Assembly (NCBI RefSeq): GCF_044704955.1
Contig: NC_091980.1
Location: forward strand, 130,572,001 to 130,636,000
Origin: Pristiophorus japonicus
Taxonomy: Eukaryota
Length of the DNA: 64,000 nt
Direction of reading: 5' to 3'
The notes under the pieces are model-generated. The model was given only the letters and a program-made list of their open reading frames with translations, did not search any database and was not told the DNA's origin. Both the position numbers and the translations under genes were made by a program. Below, piece by piece: positions 9,189 through 33,350 of this stretch. Positions within the stretch are counted from its first letter, which is position 1. Every line of letters starts with the position of its first letter.

Positions 9189-10964
9189 ACTGACTGGGAT
9201 CAAGCTTATTGTGTTTAGTACTTGTATTTATATAATCAGGCCCCTATACTGTAGGGAATGAATGCTTGTGACTTTGTACAAAAAGAGCTGAAACCCATAA
9301 CAGTAAATAAACTGTTCAACATTGGGCTGTGTTTTGTCACCTTGTAAATTTGAGTGGTTACTTATTTTTCATTTAACATAACTTGGCTTCTATCAAACAA
9401 GAATTACACTGACCTGTGCAACATTTATATGGGATTCAGTCTTATGAAATATGTTTTCCCCCTTGTGTAATGTCTATGTATTGACTGGGCCATTCAGGCA
9501 CCTGTTATAAGATCTAAAATGTTCAATGGTGTGTTTGGACAACTGACAGCCCCATGGGATATTGGCCCAGTTATCAAAAGTCTGGTCAGAGGTATGTATT
9601 GAGAAGGTACAGAGATGTTTAGGAAGGCATGTCTAGAGCTTGGGACTGATAAGCTGTATACAATTACCTGTTCCAACGATCTGTTTTTTACAAAGGAGAA
9701 TTCAATCCAACAAGATGTAACATCTGCTAAATTCAGGACCAATTTGCCAGTAATTCATTGTTGCACCATTTCAGTCGAATGAAGAAGTAGTCCTGGATTA
9801 GCTTCCTATTTAGTCTATCTGCCTCGTGAACGAACAGCAGTTTGTATTCAATCGCTGCAACAGATCCTCTTCAGTTATGCAGGTCGTTCAGAAATGGGAT
9901 TCACCACTGCTGCTATCGGCTTGCTGTTAAGCTTTGTAGGCAGAAAAGCAATATCTCAGCACACTGAACTCTGGGCACTACAATTGGGTGAGGAGGGAAA
10001 GCAACAGCTGGCATTAGCTTGCTGTCATAGCTTCAGTGCTTCGTGTGGATACCCTAGTCGTTCTGGGACAGCTTCTCTTCCGTCTGCTCCCCTAATGGTT
10101 GAATAACTTGCCAACACAACCTCCATTCAAACATGAATAAGGTATTGCAAGACTAACGATACTCCAACAACATTTAATACTTGGGGAAGGTGTAAATGTA
10201 TTTAATTCCACAAAGCAAAAGGCACAAGATGTTAAACCCATTTCTGGCCACAATGCCTAAGCACTCAATTTATAAGCCTATCAATTTTTTTTTGTTAGTA
10301 ATGAAATTCACAGTGGTACTAACACTCTGGATTAGATCTTCATTTCTCTCCTTCATGGCTATGAATGGATACAAATGGTACTGCTGCTCCAATAATCCAG
10401 TGTTTACGAGTTATTTTTAGGAATTTAACTGAGAACTGTGTTGAGTGCAATTAAATAGCCATGCACAGACATTCCAGGTTAATGTCTTGGCAACACTCAA
10501 GTGCCTTTCGGCTATCGATGTTACAAACTGTCATATATTGATGAGCCACAGTTCCACGAGTCGGCCTGGGTTTGCGTGCTGATGGGTTTGATGGCTTCAT
10601 GTATCAACAAATCTCTAGCTCACTCGATGTGAAACTTTACAGGTGCTCGTGTTTTAAGAATTACTTACAATTTGCAGCTCAGGAAAAAGACCATTTGGGC
10701 CAACTGGGCCATGCTGTGGTTTATGCTCCATGTGAAACTTGTCCCACCCCACTTCATCTAGACCTATTAGCATATCCTTCTATTCCTTTCCCCTTTGTGT
10801 TGATCAAGCTTTCCCTTAAATGCATCTATGCTCTTTGCATTCAGAGTTATTACTGCGGGTAGCTCAGTAAACGCACTGCTGCTGCTGTGGATTTTCTGTT
10901 CAGCTGTGTGGGTAAAGAAGTGAGTAACAGCTTTCAAGACCCGCAATGTTTGAGCTCAAGGACA

Positions 10965-13540
10965 GCATTTATTGTCCGTCACTAATTGCCTTTGAGAAGG
11001 TGCTGGTCAGCCATCTTCTTGAACCGCTGCAGACTTGTGGTGAAGGTACTCCAACAGTGCTTTTCGGGAGGGAGTTCCTGGATTTTGCCGCAGTGACGAA
11101 AAAGGAAGGGTGATATAAACCAACCTGACTTGGAAATATAACGTGGAGGTGAACTTGCAGGCGATAGTATTCCCAAACTTCTGCTGCCCTTGTCCTTCTA
11201 ATTGCTAGAGCTCGTGGGATGGCTTGTGCTGCTGAAAAAGCCTTGGCGAGTTGCTGCAGTGCATCTTGTCGATGGTACACACTGCAGCCATGGTGCACCG
11301 GTGGTGGAAGCAGTGAATGTGGAAGGTGGTGGATGGGGTGCCAATCAAGCGGCCTGCTTTGTCCTGGATGGTGTCGAGCTTCTTGATGATTGCTGAAGCT
11401 GCACTCAGCCAGTCAAGTGGAGAGTATTCCACCACACTCCTGACTTGTGCCTTGTCGATGCTGGAAAGACGTTAGGTATCAGGAGGTGAGACACTCACCG
11501 CAAAATACCCAGCCTTTGGCCTGCTCTTATTACCAGAGTATTTATGTGGCTGGGCGAGTTCAGGTCCTGATCAGCGATGATCCCCAGGGGTTAATGCTGG
11601 GGAATTCAGCGGCAGTGAATGTTAAGGGCAGGTGGTTAGACTCTCGCTTTTTGCAGATAGTCATTGCCTGGCACTTGTGTGGTGCCATTGTTACTTGCCC
11701 ATTATCAGCCCCACACTGAATGTCAAGCAGGTCTTGCTGCATGTGGGCATGGACTGCTTCATTTTCTGATGTCTTGCAAATGGAACAGAACACTGTGTAA
11801 TCATCAGCAAACATTCCCACTTCTGGCCTTTATGATGGAGGGAAGTTCAGTGATGAAGCAGCTTAAGATAGTTGGGCCAAGGACACTGCCCTGAGGTATT
11901 CCTTCAGAGATGTCCTGGGACTGAGATGATTGACCTCCAACAACCACTTCCTTTGTGCTAGATATGAGTCCAGCTCATCGAGAGTTTTCGATATTCGCAT
12001 CGACTTCAATTTTGCAAGGGCTACTTGATGCCGCACTCCATCAGATGCTGCCTTGCTGTGAAAGGTAGTCACTCTCACCTCACCTGTAATTCAGCTCCTT
12101 TGTACATGTTTGGACCAAGGCTGCAACGAGATCAGGAGCTGAGTGGTCCTGGCACAACCCAAACTGGGCATCGGTGAGCAGATTATTGTCGACAAAATCT
12201 TCCCTCACTTTGCTGATGATTGAGTGTAGACTGATGGGGCGGTAATTGGCCTGAATGGATTTGTCTGGCTTTTTCTGGACAGGACGTACCAGAGCAGTTT
12301 TTCACATTGTTGGGTAGATGCCAGTGTCTCTGTACTGGAACAGCTTGGCTAGAGGTGTGGCCATGAATTTACAGATTGTGGTGCAATACAATTCTGCAGT
12401 TGCTGATGACACAGTGCCTCATGGATGCCCAGTTTTGAGCTGCGAGATCTGTTTTGAATCTATTCCATTTAACACTGGTCAAACCACTCACCACAAAGGA
12501 GGGTGTCCTCAGTGTGAAGAGAAGACTTTGTCTCCACAAGGACTGTGTGGTGGTCACTGCTACCAATGCTGTCATGGACAGATGAATCTGTGACAGGTAG
12601 ATTGCTGTGGATAAGATCAGTAGGTTTTTCCCTTGTGTTGATTCTCTCACCATCTGTCGGAAGCCCAATCTCGATGCTATGTCTTTCAGGACTCAGCCCG
12701 CTTGCTCAGTGCTACCGAGCCCCTCTTGGTGATGGACATTGAAGCCTATTGCTATATCAGTGCTTCTTCCAAGTGGCCTTCAACATGGAGGTGTACTGAT
12801 TCATCAGCTGAGGGAGGGCGGTAGGTGGTAATCAGCAGGAGGTTTCCATGTCCAAGCTTGACCTAAACCCATGAGACTTGATAGGTTCCTGATTAAATGT
12901 TCAGGACTCCTATCGCTACTCCCTCCCGACTGTATACCACTGAGCCGCCACTTCTGGTGTGTCTGCCCTTCTGGTGGGACAGGACATACGCAGGGATGGT
13001 GAAGGAGGAATCTGGGACATTGGCCGAAAGGTATGATTCTGTGATTATGACTATGTCAGGATGTTGCTTGACTAACCTGTGAGACAGCTCTCCCCATTTA
13101 GGCACAAGATACCAGATATTAGTGAGGAGGACTTTGCAGGGTCGACTGGGCTGGGTGTACCATTGTCATGTCAGAAGCCGGTGCCGAGGTCAATGCCGGG
13201 TTGTCCATCCTGTTTTATTCGAATTATTGTTTCTTGTAACGGTTTGTTATAACTGATCGGCTTGCTTGGCCATTTCAGAGGGCAGTTAAGACTCAACCAC
13301 ATTGCTTTGGGTTTGGAGTCATATCGGCCAGATTTCCTTCCTGAAGGACATTAGTGAAGCAGATTGGTTTTTATGACAATCCGATAGCTCCCTGGGCAAC
13401 ATTACTGATACTAGCCTTTTATTCCTGATTTTAATTTAATTAACTGAATTTGAATTCCCCAGCTGCCATGGTGGGACTTTGGATTATTAGTCCAGGCCTC
13501 TGAATTACTTGTCCAGTAACTTAACCACGATGTTACCGCA
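10965..13540 (-). mobile_element. Decayed near-full-length CR1-clade LINE (second family)
   Basis: APE fragment (KWGELSHRLVKQHPDIVIITESYL...SGGSVVY), RT fragment (MFADDYTVF...MQQDL), C-terminus (VEYSPLDWLSA...LDTIQDKA); many frameshifts. Confidence 0.85.
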
Positions 13541-14215
13541 CTCTTTGCATCTCTCAATGGCACTTTTGGACTATCGATGTCACCACAATTCATACATTGA
13601 TGAGTCACAATTCTACAAGTCATGTTGGGTTTTGCGTGCTGATGAGTTTCACGGCTTCATGTTTCAGATAAAACAAATTCTTCAGCTCACTCGATGTGAA
13701 AAACTTTACAGATGCCCTTGTTTTAAGAATTATATAGAATTTACAGCACAGAAAAAGGCCATTCAGCCTGGCAAATTGCAGTGGTGAGCGGTCCTTCTTG
13801 AACGTAAAACGCATCTAGGATGAGGTGAGGAACCGAATGAGACAAGATCGATTTAATTGTCTTTCAATCATGAGCATGGAGAGCGAAGTACTGAGAGGAC
13901 TTGACTTCACACACTGAGCCTCCTCCCAACTTCATTTAACCCTATCAGCATATCCTGCCAATCCTTCCTCCCTCATGTGTTTATCCAGCTTCACCTTAAA
14001 CACTGTCTATGCTTTTTGTCTCAACTATTCCTTTTGATAGCGAGTTAAAAATTCTGAACACTCTCTGAGTAAAGAAGTTTCTTTGAAGTCTCTCTTAGAT
14101 TATTCATTCTAACTTTCTATATAATTCTATGGAGATCAGAACTGTGCGCAATACTCCAAGTGTTGTCTTGCCAAGGTTCTGTATAAATTTAACATGCTGC
14201 ACAGGGATGTGGTTC

Positions 14216-15724
14216 TGTTCACCTCAACTGTGTTCTCCCTGTGGCCGAGGAGCTCCGTCCGGAGTCACAGTGTGTATTTCGTCCCCTACGGGTAACAACG
14301 GACATGATCTTTGCAGCACGCCAATTGTAGGAAAAATGCAGGGAGCAGCGCCAGCCCTTGTACATGGCATTTTTTGATCTTATAAAGGCCTTTGAGACTG
14401 TCGACCGTGAGGGCTTATGGAGCGTCCTCCCTCCATTTTGGATACCCCCAAAAGTTTATCAACATTCTTCGCCTGCTCCACGTTGACATGCATGCCGTGA
14501 TCCTAATCAGCGGATTTGTTACAGACCCATTCCACGTCCGAAGCTGGGTCAAACAGGGCTGCTTCATCGCTCCAAAGATTTTCTCAATCTTCCTCGCTGC
14601 CAACTCCACCTCACTGGCAACAAGCTTCCTGCTGGAGTGGAACTAAACTACAAAATCAGTGGGAAGCAGTTTAACCTATGCCCTCTCCAGACCAGTGCAA
14701 GACCACCCAAACCTCTGTCGTTGAACTGCAGTATGCGGACGACGCCTGCGTCTGCGCACATTCTGAGGCTGAGCTCCAGGATATAGTCGATGCCGTCACT
14801 GAGGCATATGAAATCATGGGCCTTGCACTTAACATCCATAAGGGAAAGTGCCTCCATCAGCCTGTCTTCGCCGCACAGCACGGCCCCCCAGACATCAAGA
14901 TTCACGGCGTGGCCCTCGACAATGTGGACCACTTCCCATACCGCGGGAGCCTCCTGTCAACAAAGGCAGACATCGATGCGGAGATTCAATATCGCCTCCA
15001 GTGCGCCAGTGCAGCCTTCAGCTGCCTGAGGAAAGGAGTGTTCGAAGACCAGGCCCTCAAACCTACCACCAAGCTCACGCTCTACAGGACTGTAGTAATA
15101 CCCACCCTACTGTATGGATCAGAGGCATGGATGACTTACAGAAGGCACATCTCGTCGCTGGAGATATATCACCAAAGATGCCTCCGTAAGATGCTGTAAA
15201 TTCCCTGGGAGGACAGATGCACCGACATCAGTGTCCTCGCGCAGGCTAACATCCCCAGCATTGAAGCACTAACCACATGTGATCAGCTTTGCTGGGCAGG
15301 CCACTTAGTCCACATGCCAGACATGAGACTCTCTAAGCAACTGCTCTATGCGGAACTCCTTTATGGCAAACGAGCCAAAGTTAAACAGCGGAAACGTTAC
15401 AAGGACACCCTCAAAACCTCTCTGATGAAGTGCGACAGCACCACTGATGCCTGGGAGACTCTGGCCGAAGTCCATCCTAGTTGGAAAAAGTCTATCCGGG
15501 AGGGCGTTGAGCTCTTCGAATCTCAACGCTGCGAGCGTGAAGAGGTCAGGCAGCGGAAGGAAGGTGTGGTAAATCAGTGCCACCCACCCCCTTCCCCCGA
15601 CGAATATCTGTCCCATCTGTGACAGGGTCTGTGGCTTTCATGTTGGACTGTTCAGCCACCAACGAACTCACTATAAGAGTGAAAGCAAGTCTTTCTCGAT
15701 GATGAGGGACTGCCTATGATGATG
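14216..15724 (+). mobile_element. 5'-truncated RTE LINE
   Basis: ELQYADDA, VDHFPYRGS, PDMRLSKQLLYAEL...QRKRYKDTLK; (TGA)n-type tail GGGACTGCCTATGATGATG; possible TSD GGTTC. Confidence 0.9.
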
Positions 15725-15769
15725 GGTTCAGCTGCAGGTATTCCTCGCTCTGAGCTCAGAACTGCGCGA

Positions 15770-15995
15770 ATGGTTAACACTCATCTGTGCCTTTTTATCT
15801 CTAGAATTGACTATTTCAATGCTCTCCTGCTGGCCTTACATTCTCCATAAACTTAAGCTTATCCAAAACTCTGCTGCCCGTATCCTAACACACACCGAGT
15901 CCCACTCACCCATGACCCCTGTGCTTGTGGACCATCATTGGCTCCCGGTCTGACAACGCCTCAAATTCAAGATTCTTATCCTTGTATTAAATCCC
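15770..15995 (+). mobile_element. L2 LINE ORF2 C-terminal fragment
   Basis: Encodes SRIDYFNALL...IQNSAARILT...HWLPV-like sequence; paralogue near 39860-40080. Confidence 0.7.
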
Positions 15996-15999
15996 ACCA

Positions 16000-16170
16000 G
16001 AGCCCTTCCCTCACCTCTTTTCCCAGCACATTGATAATATCGGTGCTGTTTCGTGTTCTCACAATAAACTGGAACAATTAATTCACTATGTTCCCAATTT
16101 CCACCCTTCACTCACCTTCACATGGTCCATTTCTGTCACTTCACTTCCCTTTCTCGACTTCTCTGGCTAT
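16000..16170 (+). mobile_element. Penelope-like RT fragment
   Basis: Paralogous ORF 40028..40366 reads HIDNIGA...NFHPSLTFTWSISVTSLPFLD, typical of Penelope RT. Confidence 0.65.
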
Positions 16171-16724
16171 CGCCTCAGTCTATCAGACAAATATCCAATG
16201 AGCTGTTTGGATGTTGCTTCAAACCCGCAGATACCTGCAAATGACCAACCTACTGAACAATCCAGAACTCTTAAAAAGACACTGAATCGCAAACAACAGA
16301 GGATTCAATGAACCTTTCATGGTGGCCATTAACTGGTCCAGGCAGAGCACGGTCGATAGGGTGTTCTCTCTGTCTGCCTGCCTTTGTTCCGCGGCTATAT
16401 CCGTGCCCGGGTATCCCTGGATTGGGAGCACGCGGTGTCTGCCGGTATGCTTGAGGCTTTCCGTCATCGGAGGGCACCAGAGGGAGGGGAGCGCAGCATG
16501 GATACAGGGAAATAGTGTAAATTTTTTAAGTTTTTATGTTAGTTTTGTCATAATGTGGATCTGACAGTTTATTCCCCCTTATAAAGGGAGCACTTATGGT
16601 TTAAGTGTTTCCGATAGCTGAATTAAAATGCCCAAAGAATAGAGAATCCAATTTAACCTGTGACTCTGGATATTTGAACTGTGTTTGAGGAAAGTTCGGA
16701 CAATTGAGATCCTCATTGAGATGT

Positions 16725-16891
16725 CAGCCAATGATGCTCATTCTTCGAAGATCTGATTGGCTCTGGGAGTCCATCTCCCTCCTCCCTTTACTTGATTGGT
16801 GCTCTGAGAAGATGCAACTTCTGATTGGGTATTGATGACTGTCACTCATCATCAAGAGTGCCACACCCTGGATTATCCCTCAGTATAAATA
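16725..16891 (+). promoter_or_regulatory. Type B ferritin promoter (TATA plus multiple CCAAT boxes)
   Basis: TATAAATA at 16884-16891, 83 nt before the ATG; CCAAT at 16728; ATTGG at 16756, 16795, 16824; alignable with the type A promoter. Confidence 0.7.
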
Positions 16892-16966
16892 TTGGAGTTT
16901 GATATTAGTGAAATGTTATCTTTGTACTTCTAAAAAGTTTTTACTTTGGAAAAATAAAATATTAAG

Positions 16967-25752
<8,786 letters not shown>

Positions 25753-26329
25753 CGCTTCTGATCAGTACTCTTGTTTATACAATATGTGTGAGACTCTGTG
25801 CTACATAGAATGATGGCTTTGTACAGGCTGAGACCTGGGCTCTTGCTGTGAAATGTAATCAACTGTAAATAAACTGTTCAATATTGGACTGGGTTTTGTC
25901 TCCTTGCAATTAGTGGTTGCTTATTTTCCATTTACTGTAACTTGTTTGCAGCACAAGTATTGCACTAGGCTATGCAACAATCATACATTGGCCTCCTGTG
26001 CTGTAACCACTCAGCTGGCTCTCCAAGAACACTTCAGCTCGTCCTACTCCCTTGCATTTTCCCTGTTGCCCTGCAATGTTTTTCCTTCATGTACTTGTTC
26101 AATCCTATGATTGAAACTGCTTTCACCACCCTCTCAGGCAGTGCAATCCAGATATTAACCACTCATTGCATAAAAGTTTATCCTCATGTCAGCTGTGGTT
26201 CTTCTGCCAATTGTCTTAAATTTGTGTCTGCTGGTTCTCGTCCCTTCTACGAGTGTTAATAGTCCTATAATTTTGCTCGTTGCTGGGGTAATTTCAATAT
26301 ATTGACAGTTATATTCATAAAAACATAAG

Positions 26330-28250
26330 AGCAGTCGTTGTCCATTTTGGTTCTGTATAGACTGCACCACCATTAAATATAACTAATCCTTTACCACCAC
26401 CATGTTCATGCTTTTACCCCATAGCCCTTGATGCCTTTTGTATCAAGATATCTCACATCCTTAAATATATTCAGCAATTGGGCTCCACTGCCTTCTGCAG
26501 TCAATACTTCCCCAGTTTCCCCATCCTGAGTGAAAACATTTATCTTTGTGCTAAATTTCCTACAGCATATTCTGAGCCTGTGACTTTTTATTCTCAACTT
26601 CCCAGCAAAGGGCTACTTCCTCCCCACATCCAATCTCTCCAAACCAGTCTGAATTTTATGATTTAATAAGATCCCCTTTCACTCTTCTGGTGAATACAGG
26701 CCTGGTCAAGCTATTCTCTCGTCATACGACAATCTTTCCATCCAAGGAATCAGTCTGGTGGAACTTCGCTGCGCTCTTAAGGAGACCCAAACCTGTGCAC
26801 AATACACCAGGTGTAGTTTCACCAAGGCCATGTATAATTGTAGTAAGACATTCTTGCTCCTGTACTGTGGAAAAATTGTAAATATTAAATTTGTTTCTTC
26901 CTCCAAATCTATTTAGAAATGTGATTAGTTGGGGCCCAAGCACCGATCCCTGTGGTATCCCACTAGTCACGACTCACCACCCAGGAAAAGACCTGTTTAA
27001 TCCGACTGTGTTTTCTATCAATTAGCCAATTTTCAATCCATAGTATATTACCCCCAATCCCATGTGCTTTAATTTTGCACACTAACCTCTTGTGGGACTT
27101 TATCAAAGGCCTTCTGAAAATCCAAATACACGACATCCACCGGTTCTCCCTTATCTAATCACAGTTACATCCTCGAAAAAAACTCCAGTAGGTTTGTCAA
27201 ACACAATTTTCTCTTCATAAATCCATATTAACTTTGTCTAATCCCGTTGATAGTTTCTAAGTGTCCCTTTATCACATTCTACTAATGTTAGGCTAACCGG
27301 GCTGCAGTTACCTGTTTTCTTTCTCCTTCCTTTTTAAAATAGTGGGGTTACATTTGCCACCCTCCATTCTGCGGCAACTGTTCCATAATCTGTGGAAATT
27401 TGGACGATGACAACCAATGCAACCACTATTTCCATGGCTGCCACTTTTATTCCTCTGGGATGCAGATTATCAGGCCCTGGGGATTTATCAGCTTTCAGTC
27501 CCATTAGTTTCTCCAGCACTATTTTCTGACTAATAATCATTACCTTTAATTTCTCTTGCTCACTAGACCCTTAGTTCCCTAGCATTTCTGGGATGTTATT
27601 TGTGTCCTCTTCTGTGAAGACAGAACCAAAGTATTTAATTGTTCTGCCATTTCCTTGTTCCCCATTATAAATTATCCCATTTGTGACTGAAAAGGACCTA
27701 CATTTGTCTTCACTTATCTTTTTCTTTTTACAGACTGGGAGAAACTTTTACAGTCGGTTTTTATGATCCTTGCAAGTTTAGTCTCACACTATTTTCCTCC
27801 TCTTAAACAATCTCTTGGTCCTTTTTTGCTGAATACTAAATTGCTCCCAATCCTCAGGATTGCTACTTGTTCTGGCAACTTTGTATGACTCCACTTTGGA
27901 TCTAATACTATCCTTATATTCTTGTGTAAACCATGGTTGGGCCACTTTTCCTTTTGTGTTTTTGCAGCAGAAAGGAATGTATAATTGTTGCAATTCATGC
28001 ATTCGTTACTTAAATGTTAGCCATTGACTATCCACCATCATGCCTTTTAATGACTCTTCCCAATCTATCATAGCCATTCCTCATACCTTCATAATTTCCT
28101 CTGTTTAGATTTAGGACCTAGTTTTGGATTTGACAATTTCACTTTCAATCTTCATAAAGAATTCAATTATGTTATGATCATTCTTCCCTAAAGGACCCCG
28201 CACAAAAAGACTATTAATTAACCCCTTCTCATTGTACAATACCCAATCTA
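26330..28250 (-). mobile_element. Decayed CR1 downstream of B1
   Basis: [26 protein letters not shown] and KGKVAQPWF fragments. Confidence 0.85.
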
Positions 28251-28855
28251 CGATAGGTATTCAGACATGTTGAAGATCTAATTTCAATTGTACGTATATG
28301 TAACGACTCAAAAATCTGGTTCCTGTAAACTCACTCAGGTGCAACATCATCCATCTTTATTCCAGCCCAAGAGTGCCAGTGTGACAAAGACACCCAGCTT
28401 ATATACAGGTGATGAAGCACACATGCCACGTGTGTCCAGCCCGATGATCTCCGACCGCGGCGCCCTCTGGTGTCTTGTGACTCCCAAGCATTAAGACATA
28501 AGAGTATATCTTGCAAATTCTATTCATGCATTTCAATCTAGCGTTGCAACGCTGTAATACAACAAGTGAAAATGTTCACGTTTGTTCAGCCACATAAGGC
28601 AGTGAGACCACAGGTACATTTTAGTGTCTTAAAGGAGGCAGAGAGGTTTACATAATAACATGCTATGCCATTTGGCACCTCGAGCCTGTTCCGCCATTCA
28701 GTAAAATCATGACTGGTCTGATCTTGGTCTCAATACTTTCCTGCCTGTTCCCCATAACCCTTGACTCTGCTATTGTTCAAAAATCTATCTATCTTCACCT
28801 TAAATGTATTCAATGACCCTGCCTCCACACACGCGCACACACACAAAGACACACA

Positions 28856-29077
28856 CAGTACTGAGTGAATGCCGCACTGTCAGAGGGGCAGTACTGAGGG
28901 AGCGCCGCACTGTCAGAGGGGCAGTACTGAGGGAGTGCCGCACTGTCAGAGGGGCAGGACTGAGGGAGCGCCGCACTGTCAGAGGGACAATACTCACAGG
29001 ATTCTTCACTGTCGGAGGAGCAGCACTAAGGGATTGCCACACTGTCTGAAGGGCAGTACTGAGGGATTGTTGTACAG
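28856..29077 (+). repeat. 33-bp minisatellite, about 6.7 units
   Basis: Two more units than the copies in units 1 and 3. Confidence 0.9.
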
Positions 29078-30562
29078 ACTCATGTTTGATTCAGGTTGGT
29101 CAACTGTGCTCATTGGCGGCATCTCCCCCGAAAGGGTAGTGCCTGTGGTGTGATTGGTGGCTCTGGATCTGAATCACTGCCGCACTCTCTGCCCCATCTA
29201 AAGCAGAGTTTTAATCCAAGGGAACACCTCTCATCAGCTCATCCAGGACTGAACCACTTCTGCACTGAAATCAGACGTCACGGCTTTGGATCTCTGGGAT
29301 ACACCAGCATGAAAGGTCAATGACCAGAGGGGAGAGATGAGGACGATTATTTTAACGCAGGGAGTTGTTGTGATCCGGAACGCGTTGCCTGAAAGGGTGG
29401 TGGAATCAGATTCAACAGTAACTTTGAAGAGGGAATTGCATATACACTTGACAAAAGTTGCAGGGCTATGGGGAAGGAGCTGAGGAGTGGGACTAATTGG
29501 ATCGCTCTTCCAAAGTGCCTGCACAGACACGATGGGCCGAATGGCCTCTTTCTGTGCTGATAGAATCTATGATGAGCCAGACAGTTAGAGCATATCTGAG
29601 CCTCATCATTTCAATCAGATTTAAATATTCATCATTTCAATCAGATTTAAATATTTTTTCGAGTCACTGATAACCGACTGTAAAAAGACACGTCTAACAC
29701 ATCAAATTGAGGGGCAGGAAAAGATCAGCTGGTCCATCAAGCCTGCCCCAAAACATGCCGGAGCAAATCATAGAATCATAGAATGGGTACAGCACAGAGG
29801 GAGGCCATTCGGCCTGTCGAGCCCGTGCCGGCTCTCTTCGAGAGCACTTCAGCTAGTCCCACTCCCCCGCCCTTCCCCTGCAACCCTGCTATTAATTTTT
29901 CATTCAGGTACTTATCCAATTCCCTTTTGAAAGCCACGATTGAGTCTACCTCCACCACCCTCTCGGGCATTGCATTCCAGATCCCAACCACTCGCTGTGT
30001 AAACGTGTTGACTTTGGTTCTTTTGCCAGTCACTTTAAATCTGTGTCCTCTGGTTCTCGACCCTTCTGCCAATGGAAACAGTTCCTGTCCAGACAGCTCA
30101 TGATTTTGAATCCCTCTATCAAATGGAGATGTGGGTGACAATGTGTTCAGTAATGTTCACTCCCTCTCATTCTCACTCAATATATTGAATTTTACCAGAC
30201 ATCATTCCATGAGAATAAAAATGAAAGATTGTTGATGCCCCCATGTAGCCAATCCTCAGACACATGCCCATTCTCTGTATTCGAACTGGGGACAGTTCAC
30301 ACCACCCACAAGATGGAATTCCCATTCCACTGGCCAATGCTTGGTTTGTAAATGCACCAAGACGACTTGATTGCTTTGAATATTGTCTCAGTGCCACAGA
30401 AACTTGCAAGTAACAAACTTCGCCAGGTTATGAAAAACCCCTTTGGCGAAAGTAGAAAATTATAATTTCATTCAAGTGAGAGCGTTAAACAACGGCACAC
30501 TTTTAGATTTGAAGACGTTCAAGGAACCCAAAGGCAGTGACATCACCAAGACTGATCTCCCC

Positions 30563-30704
30563 CAGACCCCTCCTACAAATCCCCTCTCCTTTGTTAATTG
30601 GTGCCTCAATTCAGGGAAGATTCCTGATTGGCTCTGAGGGATTGTCAATCATCATTGGTGATGTCATACCCTGTTTGAATGCAGCTGTTCCAATAGTATA
30701 AATA
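30563..30704 (+). promoter_or_regulatory. A2 promoter
   Basis: Paralogue of 2820-2961; TATAAATA at 30697-30704. Confidence 0.65.
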
Positions 30705-30772
30705 CAGGAGCTTGTACAAGACAGTGTGAGTTTCAGAACTGTGCAGAGGATAGTGAAATATAGATAGTGAAG

Positions 30773-33350
<2,578 letters not shown>

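Noticed and set aside
13595-13650. Nrf2 antioxidant response element
   Set aside because: TGAGTCA lacks the GC dinucleotide of TGACnnnGC on either strand; AP-1-like only.
16913-16933. Upstream ATG/uORF in type B leaders
   Set aside because: It lies at about the predicted start site (29 nt after TATA), and its length is not conserved between B1 and B2.
30722-30727. CAGTGT in the A2 leader as an IRE loop
   Set aside because: Flanks CAAGA and GAGTT do not form the 5-bp stem, and A1/A3 lack the hexamer.
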